Below are positions 11,201 through 24,300 of a DNA stretch of 64,000 nucleotides, in pieces. Position 1 is the stretch's first letter; every line of letters starts with the position of its first letter. Source of the stretch: Ascidiella aspersa (lineage: Eukaryota); contig OZ004607.1 of NCBI GenBank assembly GCA_963924565.1, positions 30,194,001-30,258,000 of the forward strand. Direction: 5' to 3'. The translations under genes were made by a program, and so were the position numbers. The notes beneath the pieces are model-generated. The model ran no database searches, had not been told where the DNA came from, and was given only the letters and a program-made list of their open reading frames with translations.

Positions 11201-14200
11201 CATGGTTTAAAAATACTTCACCATTTGCTATAACACTTTCACAACTTACATTGTGCCGACTTCACCGTTTTAAATTTTGATACTGCGCATGCGCACGTCA
11301 GACTCGGGTAGTTTTACGCGGTCATACTCGAGTCCCGAGTCCGACTCCGACTACGCAGCCCTGTTTTATACTTATTTACTTTTGATATTGGTGAATTACG
11401 ACTTTTTTTGTTGGCGAAACAAAACACAATAAAACGAACTTCATGAACGAAAATGAAATAAACTATAAATTCTGATAGTGGTCTCGGTCTATACCAGGGT
11501 TTCTCAACCGTGGCCCTCGACCCTGCTGGGGGGCCACGGAACGGTTATTGGAGGGCCACGAGCATAACTCTCTAGCTTAGAGTTTCTCAACCGTGGCCGT
11601 CGGCCCTCCTGGGGGTTAACGGGGCGGTCATTGGGGGGCTACGGGCATTTTATCGCTTTAAACACAATGCTTGGTTAAACACAATGCTTGGTATTTTTAT
11701 AAGCACGGGGGCCACGAGGTTCGAGAGCCTTCCAAAGGGGGCCACGAAGCACAAAAGGTTGAGAACCACTGGTCTACACGATTTAAAAAAAAATAAAGTA
11801 GTGTTTTTACGTGTAACCAAATGACTTGACTTGGTTTAAATCTTTTGAACTAAATGTCTTTACTCGACTTAGTTATTAGGACAAAATAATTGACTTGGAC
11901 ATAATTCATTTTGTCAAATAACCAGGGCCAAAATATTTATCTCAATTATTGCGTGCAAAACAGTTTGCTTGCTGTATGTTGCGTATTTATATTATTTTTA
12001 GTTGATCTATTGCTCATAATCGGACGAGTTTACCAATTTTATTAGTTAAAGTTTAATTTTTATGTTAATGACTTGACTGTAAGTTGACTTGCCCTCATAA
12101 TGACTTGAGCAACTATAATGACTTGGGCTTTGACCTGACTTTTATTTTTTTAAAACGATTAGGGCTTAATTCATATCAAATGACTTGTTTACAACAATGC
12201 CTCGAGCTCTTATCCTCATTCCCATTGAACTAGATCTGGTAATCGTCTGCACTAGTTTGTGCGAAATGCTGGCCCCTCTAACAGTGGGGGCGGGAACGCT
12301 GACCGGGGGAGGCGCCAGCATCTTCAGGATCCTGCGAGTCCTCAGGGCTCTAAGATCCCTGCGCGTCCTGCGCACCATCCGCTTCCTGGAGAACATCCAG
12401 GTGATCCTCATCACTTGCCTCCACTCGTTCCAGTCGCTGGGAGCCATCATGATGCTGATGACCACCTTCCTTGGTGAGTTTTTTTTCGGATCGCCTATTT
12501 TCTTCCGCATGGGTGCTATACAGTAGGTTCGAGATGTTTAGGCGTTAAAAATTAAAAAAAAAAACATTTTTTTACTTTAACTGAAGATGATACAAGCTCG
12601 TACCGAAACGTTCTAATCAAGATGATGTCGATCTACGCGACATTGTTGGCTTTATAATTTATTATCAAGAAACATTTTTTGATTTAAAAATAATGCCTTG
12701 GAAGTAATGTTAATGGTACGCCCAATACGCAGGATTGAAAGCAGTATAATTTTCTCATCGAAACGACTAAAAAAATTCTTACCGGTGAATTTTTAGAGAT
12801 AACGTCAAGTCTAAATCAAGTAATCCTATGAAACCCATGGTTATCGTTCGATTAAGTGAGCAAATATTCTAATAAAACTTGGTTTAAAAAATTAAGGGAG
12901 ATGGAGCGGTTGCCTGGTAAAAATGGGACATTTAGCTTGGTAAAATACGAAAATTTCTTTTTTACCTACAAAACTTATTTTAACGAAACGCAATACCGGC
13001 AATAATTCCATTACTGAAACGCCGTTCCGGATTACTTTCACCATTTCCAAAACGTAAATGTCAATTTTTCTGGCCAAATATTTTTATTTTTTTCAATCTT
13101 ATTAGTATTTTAAAGTGTTCGCTTTTATCGCAGCCTGACCTTAAACGAGTATTGTACAAGCATTATTTTAGAAATATTTGTCACCTAAACACTATACGTT
13201 CGTTTAACGACACACTTTAGCGCATTTGCATTTTTACGTTTTTTAAAACTTTTGGACACCTAATTTTGAAGGACACTGAACCCTACTAAATATGGAAAGC
13301 GCTTTATCGCCAACGAGACAAATGTGTTCATACAAAGACCGAAAATCCTGCACCTTATTTTTGTATGCAGTAATCTTCGCCGTTGTCGGACGGGGCCTGT
13401 TTTCAGCGAAGGATCCGAAACATTTCGGTCACTTTGGCAAAGCCTCGTTTACTTTGATTCAGCTCCTTACTCTCGACGATTGGTACGAAATATTTACAGG
13501 AATGACGGATAAACTGGGTAAGTGAGAGAAATTACGTCGGATTCGTTTTACTTAAACGCAACAAATAGTAATTTTGCTTAGAAATATGCAAAACGCACTA
13601 ACAAGCCAGTGTCTCAGCAAGTGCCACTCTCAGGGAAAAGTTTATGCACTAGGCCAAAAAATGGGGACATTAGACGAGACTCAGATGCGTAGCCTACACT
13701 AAAACCTTGTGGTAAAGCAACACTTATACAATCTCGACACTCAATATACAAAAACTATTTTTTGGCCAAAAGCAATAGTATTATTGGTTTTATGCTTTTA
13801 TTGCGTATTAAAAACTGTTTGTGTTTTATCTAATTTCAGGATATTTCGACGTGCGAATGTTTTTCTTCCTACTGTTTTACATCATTGTCGAATACTTTGT
13901 ATTTCTCAAGTAAGTTTTTTTTTGCTTATCAGTTGATTTTTAGTGGATCGTCCTTTATACCATCTTTCATTGATTTTACAACAGCAGCGTAATAAAAAAT
14001 CCCCTTGACTTGGTAAGACTCAAGCTTTGCCCATCGAAATCTTTTCTACTTATAAAAGTCACAAGAATAACATGTATTCCTATAGTTAGCGAAATTAGTT
14101 GCAATAGCACAACCTAAACTTCTAAACAAACCTCCTACATTACAGCTTGTTTATTGCTGTGTTGGTGGACAACTTCCAGCTTACGCTGCGGGTAAGTTTG

Positions 14201-17200
14201 GAAAACAACGTTTATTTGCCATAAATATAAAATTCGTATCGAATATGCCTTGGAAACCTTTTATAGGGTTACTCTCCAACGATATAGGTTAGAGCAGGAC
14301 AAAAAACGAAATCAGTCCTGTTAAAAAATGAATTTGTCTCATATGGTCTCGACCGGCTAACTTTTCTCACAACCATTTTAATATAAGAATATGTAGGCCA
14401 GGGGTAACACAATTTTTGTACACAAAGTGTTTCACCTTTCTGTACAACATAAACGTTCAGATGTATCCCTTCAATTATAACGTTGTTTGAGATTACAATT
14501 TCAATCTCACTCAAACTCACTGTCTAGATACAGATTGCTTTAATAGCTGTTTTTTTCTGGAAACCGGTTATTAGTTTTACAAGCAGTCAGTCGTTTTCGT
14601 GTATTATCTCTGGGGTGCGCCACTTCGTAGGCTACAATGCTCCAATATGTGCGCATGGGCCGTAGTTTGGCCACTCCTGATATAGGTTTAGATGTATTTT
14701 TTTTATAATACCATTTTCCAGGACAAACTGGTGCGAAAAGAAGAGGAAAAGGAAAAGATGATCGCCGAAAAGAAACGGGTAAGGAAAACAAGTCGATAAG
14801 ACAATAACTCCATATAGCCTACTATTACAAACATATTAACGTTTTGTGATGCAGTTAAAGAAGCTTATGGGTGACAAAGAGGAGGACAACGATTCTGAAG
14901 ACAATTTTGACCAGATCGCCAAGGAGCTGTTTTTACGAGGTTAGCGAAACCGTACCATTTTTCATGCAGTAGGTTTTGCAGTACGGTACGCCTAATCGTT
15001 GTTTTCATGTCTAGTTTGTGTGCCATTAAACTAGATTTTTTACATTTTCGACAGACTATTGACGATTTTCTGATCAAAATTTTAGATCAATTGAAAGTTC
15101 CTTTTTAACTCGACTTTAATTATGCTACAGAGATCATTGGCATTTAGGCCATAAATAGCTTGCTCTTGCTTGCAAATAAATAACCTTATACCAATAGTAA
15201 AAAAATAACCTTCCAGGATAAAGCTTAAAAAAGGAATAAAAAACAAACATGGAAGCCTGCGTTGTATAGTAAAGTCTCGGGGCATTTCAGCTTTCCACGA
15301 TTGTAGCGCATTGCGCAACAGGTGCGTTTTAGCCATACTGGTTACGGTGCGACCACGACTGCTGTAATTGTTCTACGATCAACCTCTTATTCACAGACGA
15401 CGACTCATTGGGTGATGACGATTACGTGGACGTGGAGCGCGAACTCTCGGCTTTCATGGACAGCGAAAACGACGAGTAAGATCAAGTTTTATGTATAACG
15501 TATTGTATACGTCCTGGCTGATTCCTGACAAAGGCAGTTAAGCTAGGTTTACCATATTTTCGTGGCCTAAAATCCGGACACTCTTTAGTGCACACTAGCG
15601 GTTTTTAAAATGAGGTACGAACACATTGTTTTTTTATTAATATGACGTCACACTGACAATGCTTTGCCTATCCATTGTATACCGGAGCGGATTTTTGAAC
15701 ATAGTGTATTGAATTCACTAGACTATTGGGTCATATCTCTGATTTTACCTCTGATGATCTATAGGCTAGGGTTACTATTATTTAATACTGCGAAATCCAT
15801 AACAAATTTACCTCAGTTGCATGGTAAACCAACTTTAGAATATTACCAAAGTACTTTACCGCCATTGTTTTTTTGTGAAAGAAGGATAAACACGAAACTA
15901 TACACAAACAGAAAATAAATGTTGTAGTGCAATACACGAATGCAAGTTCCCATTAAGCATTAAACAAAACGACAATTTCCTTGGTATTCTCATTTGGTCT
16001 GCAACAGACTTCTTGTTGCGCTATTTTTCTACTGCTTTATAATTTTTTTAAGTTAACATAAATAAGCTATAAATTAGCTCTTTTACTTGCCAGCAAAAAA
16101 ATGTCCTCTTTTTGGGTGCGGAAAATATGGTAGCCCTATATTAACTGCCTTAACGAACACAAATAAATATGTTAGAAAACCGTTTCAAGCAGCAACTAAC
16201 TGAATGTTAACGCAATACTCAAAAACCATTCAAATGGCAAAAACTGACTAAAAGTAGTAAAACTACATTAATGTATAGCAAACGTAATATTAACTACATC
16301 GTTTGTGACGTAACAGTGCATGACAATTAAAGGTGCGCCATGCCTGTGATCGACTGTTGTGGTACTCCTCATAAACGCTACGTAACAAATTATTAAGAGT
16401 AAAATGTTTATAAATTTGGTGAGGCATGCCCCTGTTTTCTCAAAAACACAAACACAAACTCGTGCATTTTTGTCATTACTCGTGCGTTGACTTTTCCTGG
16501 TTGCTTTTCAGCGAGGTGAAAATGATCGAGTGGTACTACCGCATTCTACCCACCCTCGAAAAGCATTTCCACCATCACCACAACTTCATGAGCTGCCATA
16601 ACCGCATCATCGACTTCGTCGTCGACGTAAGTGCTGTGGCTCATTAATAAATGGCATAAATGATTCTCAAACTGCGTTCCCCGAGAGAATTGAGTGTGTC
16701 GCGCCACGTTGTATTAAAAAAAAATAGTAACAAGAAGCCTATATACACGCAGGCAAGCGAGCCGGAATGTACACTATCTATTATTATGCAACTTGTGATA
16801 TTGGGGTGTATACCTATAGACCAGGGGTGGGCAATTATTTTTAGGCGCGGGCCGCATGAGAAACTTAAAATGTTGTGGCGGGCCGGGTCAAAAATAGGAC
16901 CTGAAATACACGCAATATGACGTCATACTCTGACGGTATAAAACAAATAAGCTAACGAATTTGTTATTACGTTTGTAGTTGTGAGAAAATGTGCATTTTA
17001 TGTCGAATTTTAAGAAGAACACAAAACGTCTAAAAATGCATACTTTAATTTAGATTTAGAGGGTTACGTGAAGCATTAAGGACCAAAAAATGTACATTGC
17101 TTGATATATATTGGCGTTTATTACGTTGTGTGGCGCGTAGACCCAAAAGTTAAGTTTAAAATACGTGATAATTTCGTATAAAAAAGTAACAATGTTTTTT

Positions 17201-18035
17201 CTTCTTTTTAAAGCTTTAAGTTACCGATCTGTTGCTTGCGGTAAAACGGGCATATTGCAAAAACGGTATATATCGGGAAAAAAACACAACATGGCATTAA
17301 CTAAATTAGGTTGACAACATGTAAATCGGTATATTTCAGAGTTCAAAAAACGGTAGGTATTTCGTTCATACTTGAAAGACGAAATACTTTCGACGCCCAA
17401 AAAATGTATAAACATTAGGCTATGTTTTTTAAACTTTCGTTTGAGAGAGTGCCATAGTGCAGAGGACGGTATTTGTCTGCAAAGTTGCCAAAAAATCGCG
17501 TGGAACATACAAGCAACACAGATGAGATTCGCGCGAAGCGCGAAAACAATTTTCGTTTTACTATTTAAAACACGCTAAAAATCGAATTTGCCGGGGTCTT
17601 GACTGTAGATCCGTCAACTTGTCCTTGTTTTCGCTTAGCCTATGAATTTTTAAGGAAAATAAGCCGCGGGCCGGATCTAGTCAAGACCCCGGCAAATTCG
17701 ATTTTTATCCTGTTTTAAATAGTAAAACGAAAATGGTTTTCGATCTTTGAGCGAATCTCTGCTGTCTGTCTCGTATGTTCCACGCGATTTTTTTTGCGGG
17801 CCGTATGTTGCCCAGGTCTGCTATAGACTATAGTGCCTTGCCGAGTACTGGCGGCAATTGTCAAGTTATAGCCTATATAATTGTTTTGCAGGCAGTGTCT
17901 CGCGATTGTTTTTGATTTCCTAGTGAGTGACCCACAAGCCAACAAAGTGTTTGAACCAATGAATTAGAAACTTATTGCGCATAACCCAATTTTTTTCGTT
18001 TATAGAATACGGATGACGTTATCGAAAGGCAGTGA
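5217..18035 (+). CDS. CATSPER1: Cation channel sperm-associated protein 1-like (single 6-TM voltage-gated Ca2+ channel subunit), 12 coding exons
   Basis: Phase-consistent GT-AG exons: 5217-5263, 5331-5485, 10460-10687, 12234-12473, 13371-13517, 13840-13909, 14146-14191, 14722-14778, 14855-14939, 15397-15475, 16512-16626, 18006-18035 (TGA). S4 is FRILRVLRALRSLRVLRTIRF. The pore is LLTLDDW, the CatSper1-type filter. S6 IIVEYFVFLNLFIAVLVDNFQ resembles mammalian CatSper1 S6. There is a C-terminal coiled coil and AATAAA at ~18250. Confidence 0.88.
5594..5787 (+). repeat. Copy A of a ~200-bp direct repeat present three times in CatSper1 intron 2
   Basis: aagcaagttggttaattatgagaatc...ccgttctgtttattcact is near-identical to 9998-10201 and 7997-8150. 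Confidence 0.95.
5782..7749. mobile_element. ~2-kb non-coding foldback element with terminal inverted repeats and long internal inverted arms
   Basis: Termini actagacgaaatacccggcgttgcccaggttaa (5782) and ttaacctgggcaacggcggggatttcgtctagt (7749) are inverted copies. About 6080-6780 is the reverse complement of ~6875-7557. Confidence 0.85.
7831..7951 (+). repeat. Dispersed ~120-bp repeat fragment; second copy at ~20424-20543
   Basis: ccaaatttctccagcggtttccc...gaaacacttgcggtctcttaaaactacttagcggtc.cccaaaccaaaccttaaaaaa occurs at both sites. Confidence 0.8.
7997..8150 (+). repeat. Copy B (left-truncated) of the triplicated intronic repeat
   Basis: aattacctacttcttcatggggg...ttcactagacatgactggtat matches copy C almost exactly. 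Confidence 0.95.
8467..8835 (-). CDS. Short tropomyosin-like coiled-coil protein (122 aa), nested antisense in CatSper1 intron 2
   Basis: MNTIRNKLALLKENIDEKETELADARAELKSEKHERELLEQQNESLLRRLKIVEDDLDEIYKRL aligns without gaps, by eye, to the N-terminus of short-form tropomyosins (..VKRKIQALQQQADEAE..LNRRIQLVEEELDRAQERL). It has a heptad pattern, aaaATG context and a possible 5'-UTR intron at 8856-8937. Confidence 0.6.
   Translation of the reverse strand: MNTIRNKLALLKENIDEKETELADARAELKSEKHERELLEQQNESLLRRLKIVEDDLDEIYKRLKDQLNESENARFVAENTVKRLNLENEKLESEKEQLRCERDEAVKKLEDMIPVQEMGEM
9998..10201 (+). repeat. Copy C of the triplicated intronic repeat
   Basis: Near-identical to copy A over ~190 bp and to copy B over ~150 bp. 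Confidence 0.95.
10202..10447. mobile_element. Truncated hAT-type MITE; family also at ~42803-43108 and ~61690-61962
   Basis: Ends in ggttaagaaccactg. 10203-10320 is the reverse complement of ~61800-61913. Confidence 0.7.
10991..11363. mobile_element. MITE with (C/T)AGGGCTGCGGAGTCG-type TIRs; related fragments at ~18647-19260, ~34357-34590 and ~39693-39840
   Basis: Inverted ends tagggctgccgagtcg / cgactacgcagccctg. Internal gagtccgactc and tactgcgcatgcgcacgtc motifs are shared between copies. Confidence 0.75.
11495..11771. mobile_element. hAT-type MITE
   Basis: TIRs cagggtttctcaacc / ggttgagaaccactg with 8-bp TSD gtctatac / gtctacac. Confidence 0.85.
15544..16138. mobile_element. hAT (Tip100-like) non-autonomous element
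   Basis: Inverted ends taggtttaccatatttt / aaaatatggtagcccta. Confidence 0.65.
16822..17820. mobile_element. ~1-kb hAT/Charlie-type non-autonomous element
   Basis: TIRs caggggtgggcaa / ttgcccaggtctg, subterminal gcgggccg motifs and a perfect 8-bp TSD ctatagac on both sides. An internal inverted segment lies at ~17540-17750. Confidence 0.9.
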
Positions 18036-18370
18036 AGTCCACTGATCAACTCAACTTTTAAAATAGAGAAATACATTTGCAAACGTCGTATATTTTGTGA
18101 AATATGTTGGTATAGTCGTGCTTAATTAGGCACATGTAAACGGAAAATTTTGGATAAGGCTCATTACACCCTGTTAAATCGTGAATTATCCGGTTAAAAC
18201 TTAGTGTTGTTGCAGATCGTCAGATATACTAGTTTTTCATCATCTAAAATAAATAAAATACCAAGTACGTTCTAAATCACCTCTGATTCCCCTAACAATA
18301 CAAAATACAAACCCCGATTAAATGACTAAATCAACACTTGATCGACCAATGGTTTATTTTTCGCCGATAA

Positions 18371-21300
18371 CTATTTCTCCGGCTGCTGATCGTCGGGCGT
18401 TTCTGGAATGATCGATTTGTTTCTCGTGCTTTTCCGCCGCAAGCCCCACATGCTTCCCAGGGTGGGTGAAAGCGGGGGCGAAGAGTCGGCGGACAGGCTG
18501 CCCCGGTTAGCCTGCTGCGGGACCTGCTTCGAAAAAAAAAGCGGCGATGACCAATTATAAGATCTATACGCGCAGATTGCGATTAAGAGAAAAACTTAGT
18601 TGTTGTCACCTGGTGCATCTATAATGTCGGTTAGGTGTACTTAGTACCAGAGTTGCGGAATCGGTTAAAAATAACCCGAGTCGCGCGTCCGAGTTCGGCC
18701 AAGTGTGCCATTTCGTTTAGTACCGCGTCCGGTTCAGACTCTACAGCAGGGGTTCTTAAACTGGGGTCCATGGACCCCTTGGGGGTCCGTGAGCTAGTTT
18801 TAGGGGGTCCATGAGGTCGTAATTAAAATGTTAGTATATTTCTATAAAGTAATAATTTATTCAAAAAAGACAGTTTAATTGAAAATAAACCGGTTTTTTT
18901 TAACTGTATTTAGACTCCATTTCACTTTCACACTTTTTAAACTGAAATCAGCAGATTTATAACGTCTATTTGCATTGTGACGTTAATTTATGACGTCATT
19001 TTGGAAAATATTTTACCTACCGTGGTCCACGTGAGACAAAAAAATGTTTAGGGGTCCGCGGTAAGAAAGTTTAAGCAATCCACTTTTTTTCAACAATCCA
19101 CTTTTAAGGGTTGTCATATAATTATTATTCATCCACTAACAATTCATGGTTCGAAAATATTGACCATATGTTATTTCCGGCTTCCGCCACAATTTACAGT
19201 TAGCGGCCATATCAGTTTAAAAAACTTGGTACTGCGCATGCGCACGTCGGAATCAGGTAGTTTTCCGTGGCACATTAATATTAATGCGAATTAACCACTT
19301 CGAAAGTCGCAGTGGCCCAGGATGGCGGAGCGTGTTTAGAACAACTCGACTAATCAGAAGTGTAGTAAATTATTTCATTTTTTAAAGTTATACAATATCT
19401 CCCATATTGTATTACTCAGTAGTAGCTTTCATCCAGAAGTAAGTTCCCAACGTCAAAAACGGAAACGAAAAAATAAATTACAAATGAGGTGATTTGGTTT
19501 TATATACAATGAATATAAATAAAATGTGATTGATTTTGTTTGTTATGTACACAATCGTCATAGTGGAGTAGAATTGAACGACTATAGACGTCATAAACGC
19601 TAGTGCTAAAGGAGTAGGTTGCTTGGTTCTTGGAATGAACAGAAAACTATGCCAATTCGGTTCGAAGCAATAGTGAAGGTTGAGAGGCAAAAATAACGAT
19701 CAAGGGCCGCCCCAAGAAATACTCAGTTGAAATCAGCGAACCTGAACTGAAGTCTCTGGCTTCCGCTTTTGCCGTTCCTCCTCGTCGGCTGACGTCATGG
19801 CGATGTCGGGCGTCGAAAGATCGAGAACCTGCCTGGCGTTCTGCAGGTCGCCCACGATGCGCTTTATTCTCATCGGAGCCAGCACCTTCCGTCGAAGAAC
19901 GTTCATGAAACCGACTCTCTGCTCGCGAAGGTTGGCCGAACCGGGACGCTTGGCGCCGTCGGCGTCTTCCTGCGGCGTACCGGGCCGGCTGTCGCTCTTG
20001 TCGGCCGCGGCGTCGTCGGTTCCGTCGCTGGATTCCTTGTCCTCGTCGTGCATCGAGCGACGGTTAATGACGCCTGACCTGCGACAATTTGTATCATGTG
20101 TATAGATTGGGAAAGTCGAAAACGGAGATGCGAGCATTTTTCGCACAATGCCTTCGAAAATGTGCGCACATTTTGAGATAGTTAATACGGACACAACTCC
20201 TAACTCTAGCTTTAAGTTAAACTTGAAGGCAGTTTCAAATGTGCGCACATGTTTTGCACATTTTTGCGCACATTGTGCAAAACAACACCGCACCCCCTGT
20301 TGGAAAGACGGCCTTTTTACGAGGACAAACATTTTTTTTTTAATTTTGTGACCCTATTCAGTGAAAGCGCATTTTTACGATTGTTGCGAGTCCAGTGTTT
20401 TTTTAAGGTGTTTTGGGGGAACGAAACGGTCCCCCAAATTTCTCCAGCGGTTTCCCAATTTTTGGACTTTTTGGTATTTATATGAAACACTTGCGGTCTC
20501 TTAAAACTACTTAGCGGTCGCCCAAACCAAACCTTAAAAAAAACTGGTTGTGACCGTGTACTATGTGTTTTAACAACTGTGGTAACAATAGACAACTTTT
20601 GTTTAGATATTGACCTGCAGCCTTTTTATATACAAGGATAGGTAGTATGTATTGTGAAACATCCAAACCTCAAAAATTTCTACAGTTCAAAACCGCAGGT
20701 TTAACCAATTCCATATACCAGTGTTGAAATGACTGAATGAATTCTACACAGCATATATCACTGTTTTTAAATGGCTTGAATAAACTACAGTATTTTGGGA
20801 AATATTATCTGAATTCACATAAATCTTTCGGATAAAAAGCCTGACTTGGACTTAATTAAATTGGGCCAACGAATCGACTTGGATTTCAGTATTTTCAATA
20901 ATAATTTTCGGTAAAATTTGATAGGTTTTTACCGATTTCGTGTTTGTGAAATAGTTTAATCGGTAAATTTTGATGCAAATCACCTGGATCGGGACGTAAA
21001 TAGTTGTTTTCGTCACTGACGTCACATGAGTTATTACAAAAATGACTTGACTGGGACTTAGGTTCTTTGCAGACTGACTTGTTTACAGCACTGATGTACT
21101 TAGTAGTGTAACATAAAAAAACGTAGCTAAAAATGGGAGTCTTGGGCTCTCCGAATTAGCCTTTTGACCCGACATTGAGTTATTTAAAGCTGTCTAAAAA
21201 ACGAGGATCTACTTGGAGGGGATACGTAGCCCGGTAGCTCATCAGGTCAACTGCAATCAGTGCAATGCAAAACGTTTCCAAAGGTCAACCGCTTCAATCA

Positions 21301-24300
21301 GAAGATTACCCGTATATGCTTTTATGTAAAACACGTTTCTACCAAACGATCACTTTAAAAAGAAAAACAAAAAAAGCATTTCACACCAGAGTTAGATCAA
21401 TTACATTAATTCAATTCAGTTACAATTACATTAAAACTGAAATTAATAACATTAATTACAATTTTCGGCATTAAATCTTCAATTTTCTCACTATCACTGT
21501 ATTGAGCCAACGTTTTAGCAAATTAATTTGTAAACAAATACAATTAGAATTACACAGAATGAAAATTCCTCAATTTCATTACAGTTACATTAAAACGTGT
21601 AATTAACTACATCAATTACAATTACAAATTACAATTGATCCAACTCTGTTTCACACCGACCTCAGGCCGCGGGATTGAAGGCCGGGTGCCATAAGCAGAA
21701 GAGGTGAGAGGTTTTCGACGACCACCTTGACCGCCTCGCTCTGCCGGCGTCCGTCCTGCATCGCCATGCCGGCCAGCTGTCGGGTCGAGTCGTCGTCCGG
21801 GTCGTCGTGGTCGCCGTCGTCGTCGGCGCCGTTCGCGTTGCTCGCGTCCGTGTTGATTACACCTGGTAGAATAGGATTGTCGAGGTTTTTGTGGACTCTT
21901 GTCATGAGAACGAATTTAGAACAACATCAACGTCGGAATAAATCACAGTTCGGAATAGAGCTAAAAAACGTTCAAATAGGGATAAGACTAAAACCTGTAA
22001 AAAAAACTAAATGGCCTGAACAGTGAACAAGGCCAATACAAAATTTTACCCACCCCCTAACTTAATAACTAAGTACCCTAAAAATTTCAACCTGAGTCCT
22101 GTTTCTAATCCCACCCATTAACCGCCCCTAACCCCAAACAGGGGCAAACCATGTGCCACAAAAATGACGCCATTTAAACCATGACGACCAAACGTCAACA
22201 CCAAAACGACCAATGCCAGACAGGTGTCCCCAAATCGTCCCATACAATCTCCCTACAATTTTAGCCGTTATTTTGTCAATTTAGGACTTATTCCGACACG
22301 TTTAGTTCGTGTTCAGACGATTTTCGATCTTATTCTTTCGTCGTTATTACTGCGTACTTGGCGTTATTATTTCGTTGTTCTTAATACTATGGTTTACTGA
22401 TTTAGATATTGTTGCTTTATAGGTCTTGTCGTGTGTTTCGTCGGTCCACGATGTAAGGAGAAACTAGTTGTAAAGGAAGCTATCGTAGCACGAACAGGAT
22501 TCAGCACACGGCGTTTTATAAAGGTCGTTCCTGCTACATCAAATACTTTTCCTAAAGCTAAATAGATTTGCAATGTCAGCGAGACAAAGTCGTGACTTCG
22601 CATCTCTAGTCTTATTAGCGATCAAATTTCCTGCGAAACACCCTTAGCTATAGGTCAGTGTTTCTTAACCTTTTTAGCGCTCGTACCCTTTGATTCAATA
22701 CAGTCTTGTAAGTTCATGGTTTAACAATATTTACAACACACAAACAATCAGTCAATTTACTAATGGCTTTTTGTTGTTGCTTTTCGTAAATTTACGCACA
22801 CAAACATGCCTAAAAAGCGCATTTCACACTGCATGTCGTGCCCCCTGCTTTATTGCTTCGTACTACCAAGTGCTACACGTACCCCTGGTTAAGAACCCTT
22901 GTTCTTGGTGAAAGAACCTACCGTGTTTGGCGACCAGGTGTTCAAGAAAGCGAGTTCGGTCGTGTCTGGTGGTGAGGGCCAGGTATTCTTTGCGCATGCG
23001 AGAAAGCCGCTTGCGACTTGCCATCAGCTGCGACACGTTGTCGGTGCTGCCCTGAAGATGCAAAACTGGCGTTAGTGCGAAAAGTCACCATTTTGAAAAC
23101 ACTTCACTTGTTTTGTATTTTCCTAATTAAATGAATTTTATTTATGATGTTGTTTTTATTGATTTATTTCGGGCTTTTTTTTCCCGGCGGTCAAATATTT
23201 ATTAAATTAACGCACATGATTTGGGTTAGGTTCGGGTCAGCGTTTGGGTCCAGGTGGGTCAAGTATTATTAATTCTATCTCACATTTTTGAATTTTCAGC
23301 GAATATTTACAATTTATCTATGCCGTGAGTTTACCTAAAAGGTCCAATTAGTGCATTGCCACGAAGATAAGTCAGACTTTTCTGCCCTTGGATGCCCCAA
23401 TTGTCGACAGACCTTTTTGCTTAGAACTGCACTAATTCTAACGGGTCGGGTAAGTAAAGCCAATTCAAACTCTAAACCACAGGTGCACAATGCACCAGCC
23501 CCACCTGCGGAAAAATAAAACTGGCCGATGACGGGTACTCTCTCTGCGCCGGTCGCTCCTCCTCCTCTCCCTCCCACTTTTCCTCCGCCTCCTGCTCGTT
23601 GCTCTTAACGAAGGGGATGAAGTCCGGATGCGGGATCTCGCAAGCGTCCAGGAAACCCTCGTCGTCTCGCCGATTCAGTGGAGCGCTGACTAAGCGCGAA
23701 AGAAATAAACGGACGGAAATGTTAATTTAGCACAGTTCGGTTCTGAAACTTTTTTAGCTTGCGCCACTCTAAGAAAATCTTAAATATTTCGCGGCACTCT
23801 TTTAACGGAACAACAATAGAGTAATTTTACAATCGTCCTTAACACACGACAAACTATATATAAATGTTTCAATATTACTAATTTTGTAAAGGATACAGTG
23901 CGTCTTTAGGTGTAAAACGATTGCGTGTATGCCTATTGGTAATACAAATAACTTATTTTCAAAATTTACAAAAAGTTTCGCGGCACACTTGACAATCTCT
24001 TGAGGCACACTAGTGTGCCGCGGCACTCAGTTTTGGAATCACTGATTTAGCATCACGGACTGAGGAGTAATTTGGGTTACGAAACAATAACAGCGTTTTG
24101 ACTGGTCTAAATTTGAAACTGATATAATTATGGAGAGGAACAATTTACGTTATTTATGCCAACCGAAGTGGAAAATAGATTATTTTTTCACCTGCAAAAA
24201 TATTAACAGCATTTCTACTGACCTACATTGGAAATCGGTATTCTTCGAGTAGGCCTATAGCAAAAAAGCTGCTTTAATATTAGGACATTGTCTAAGTGGG

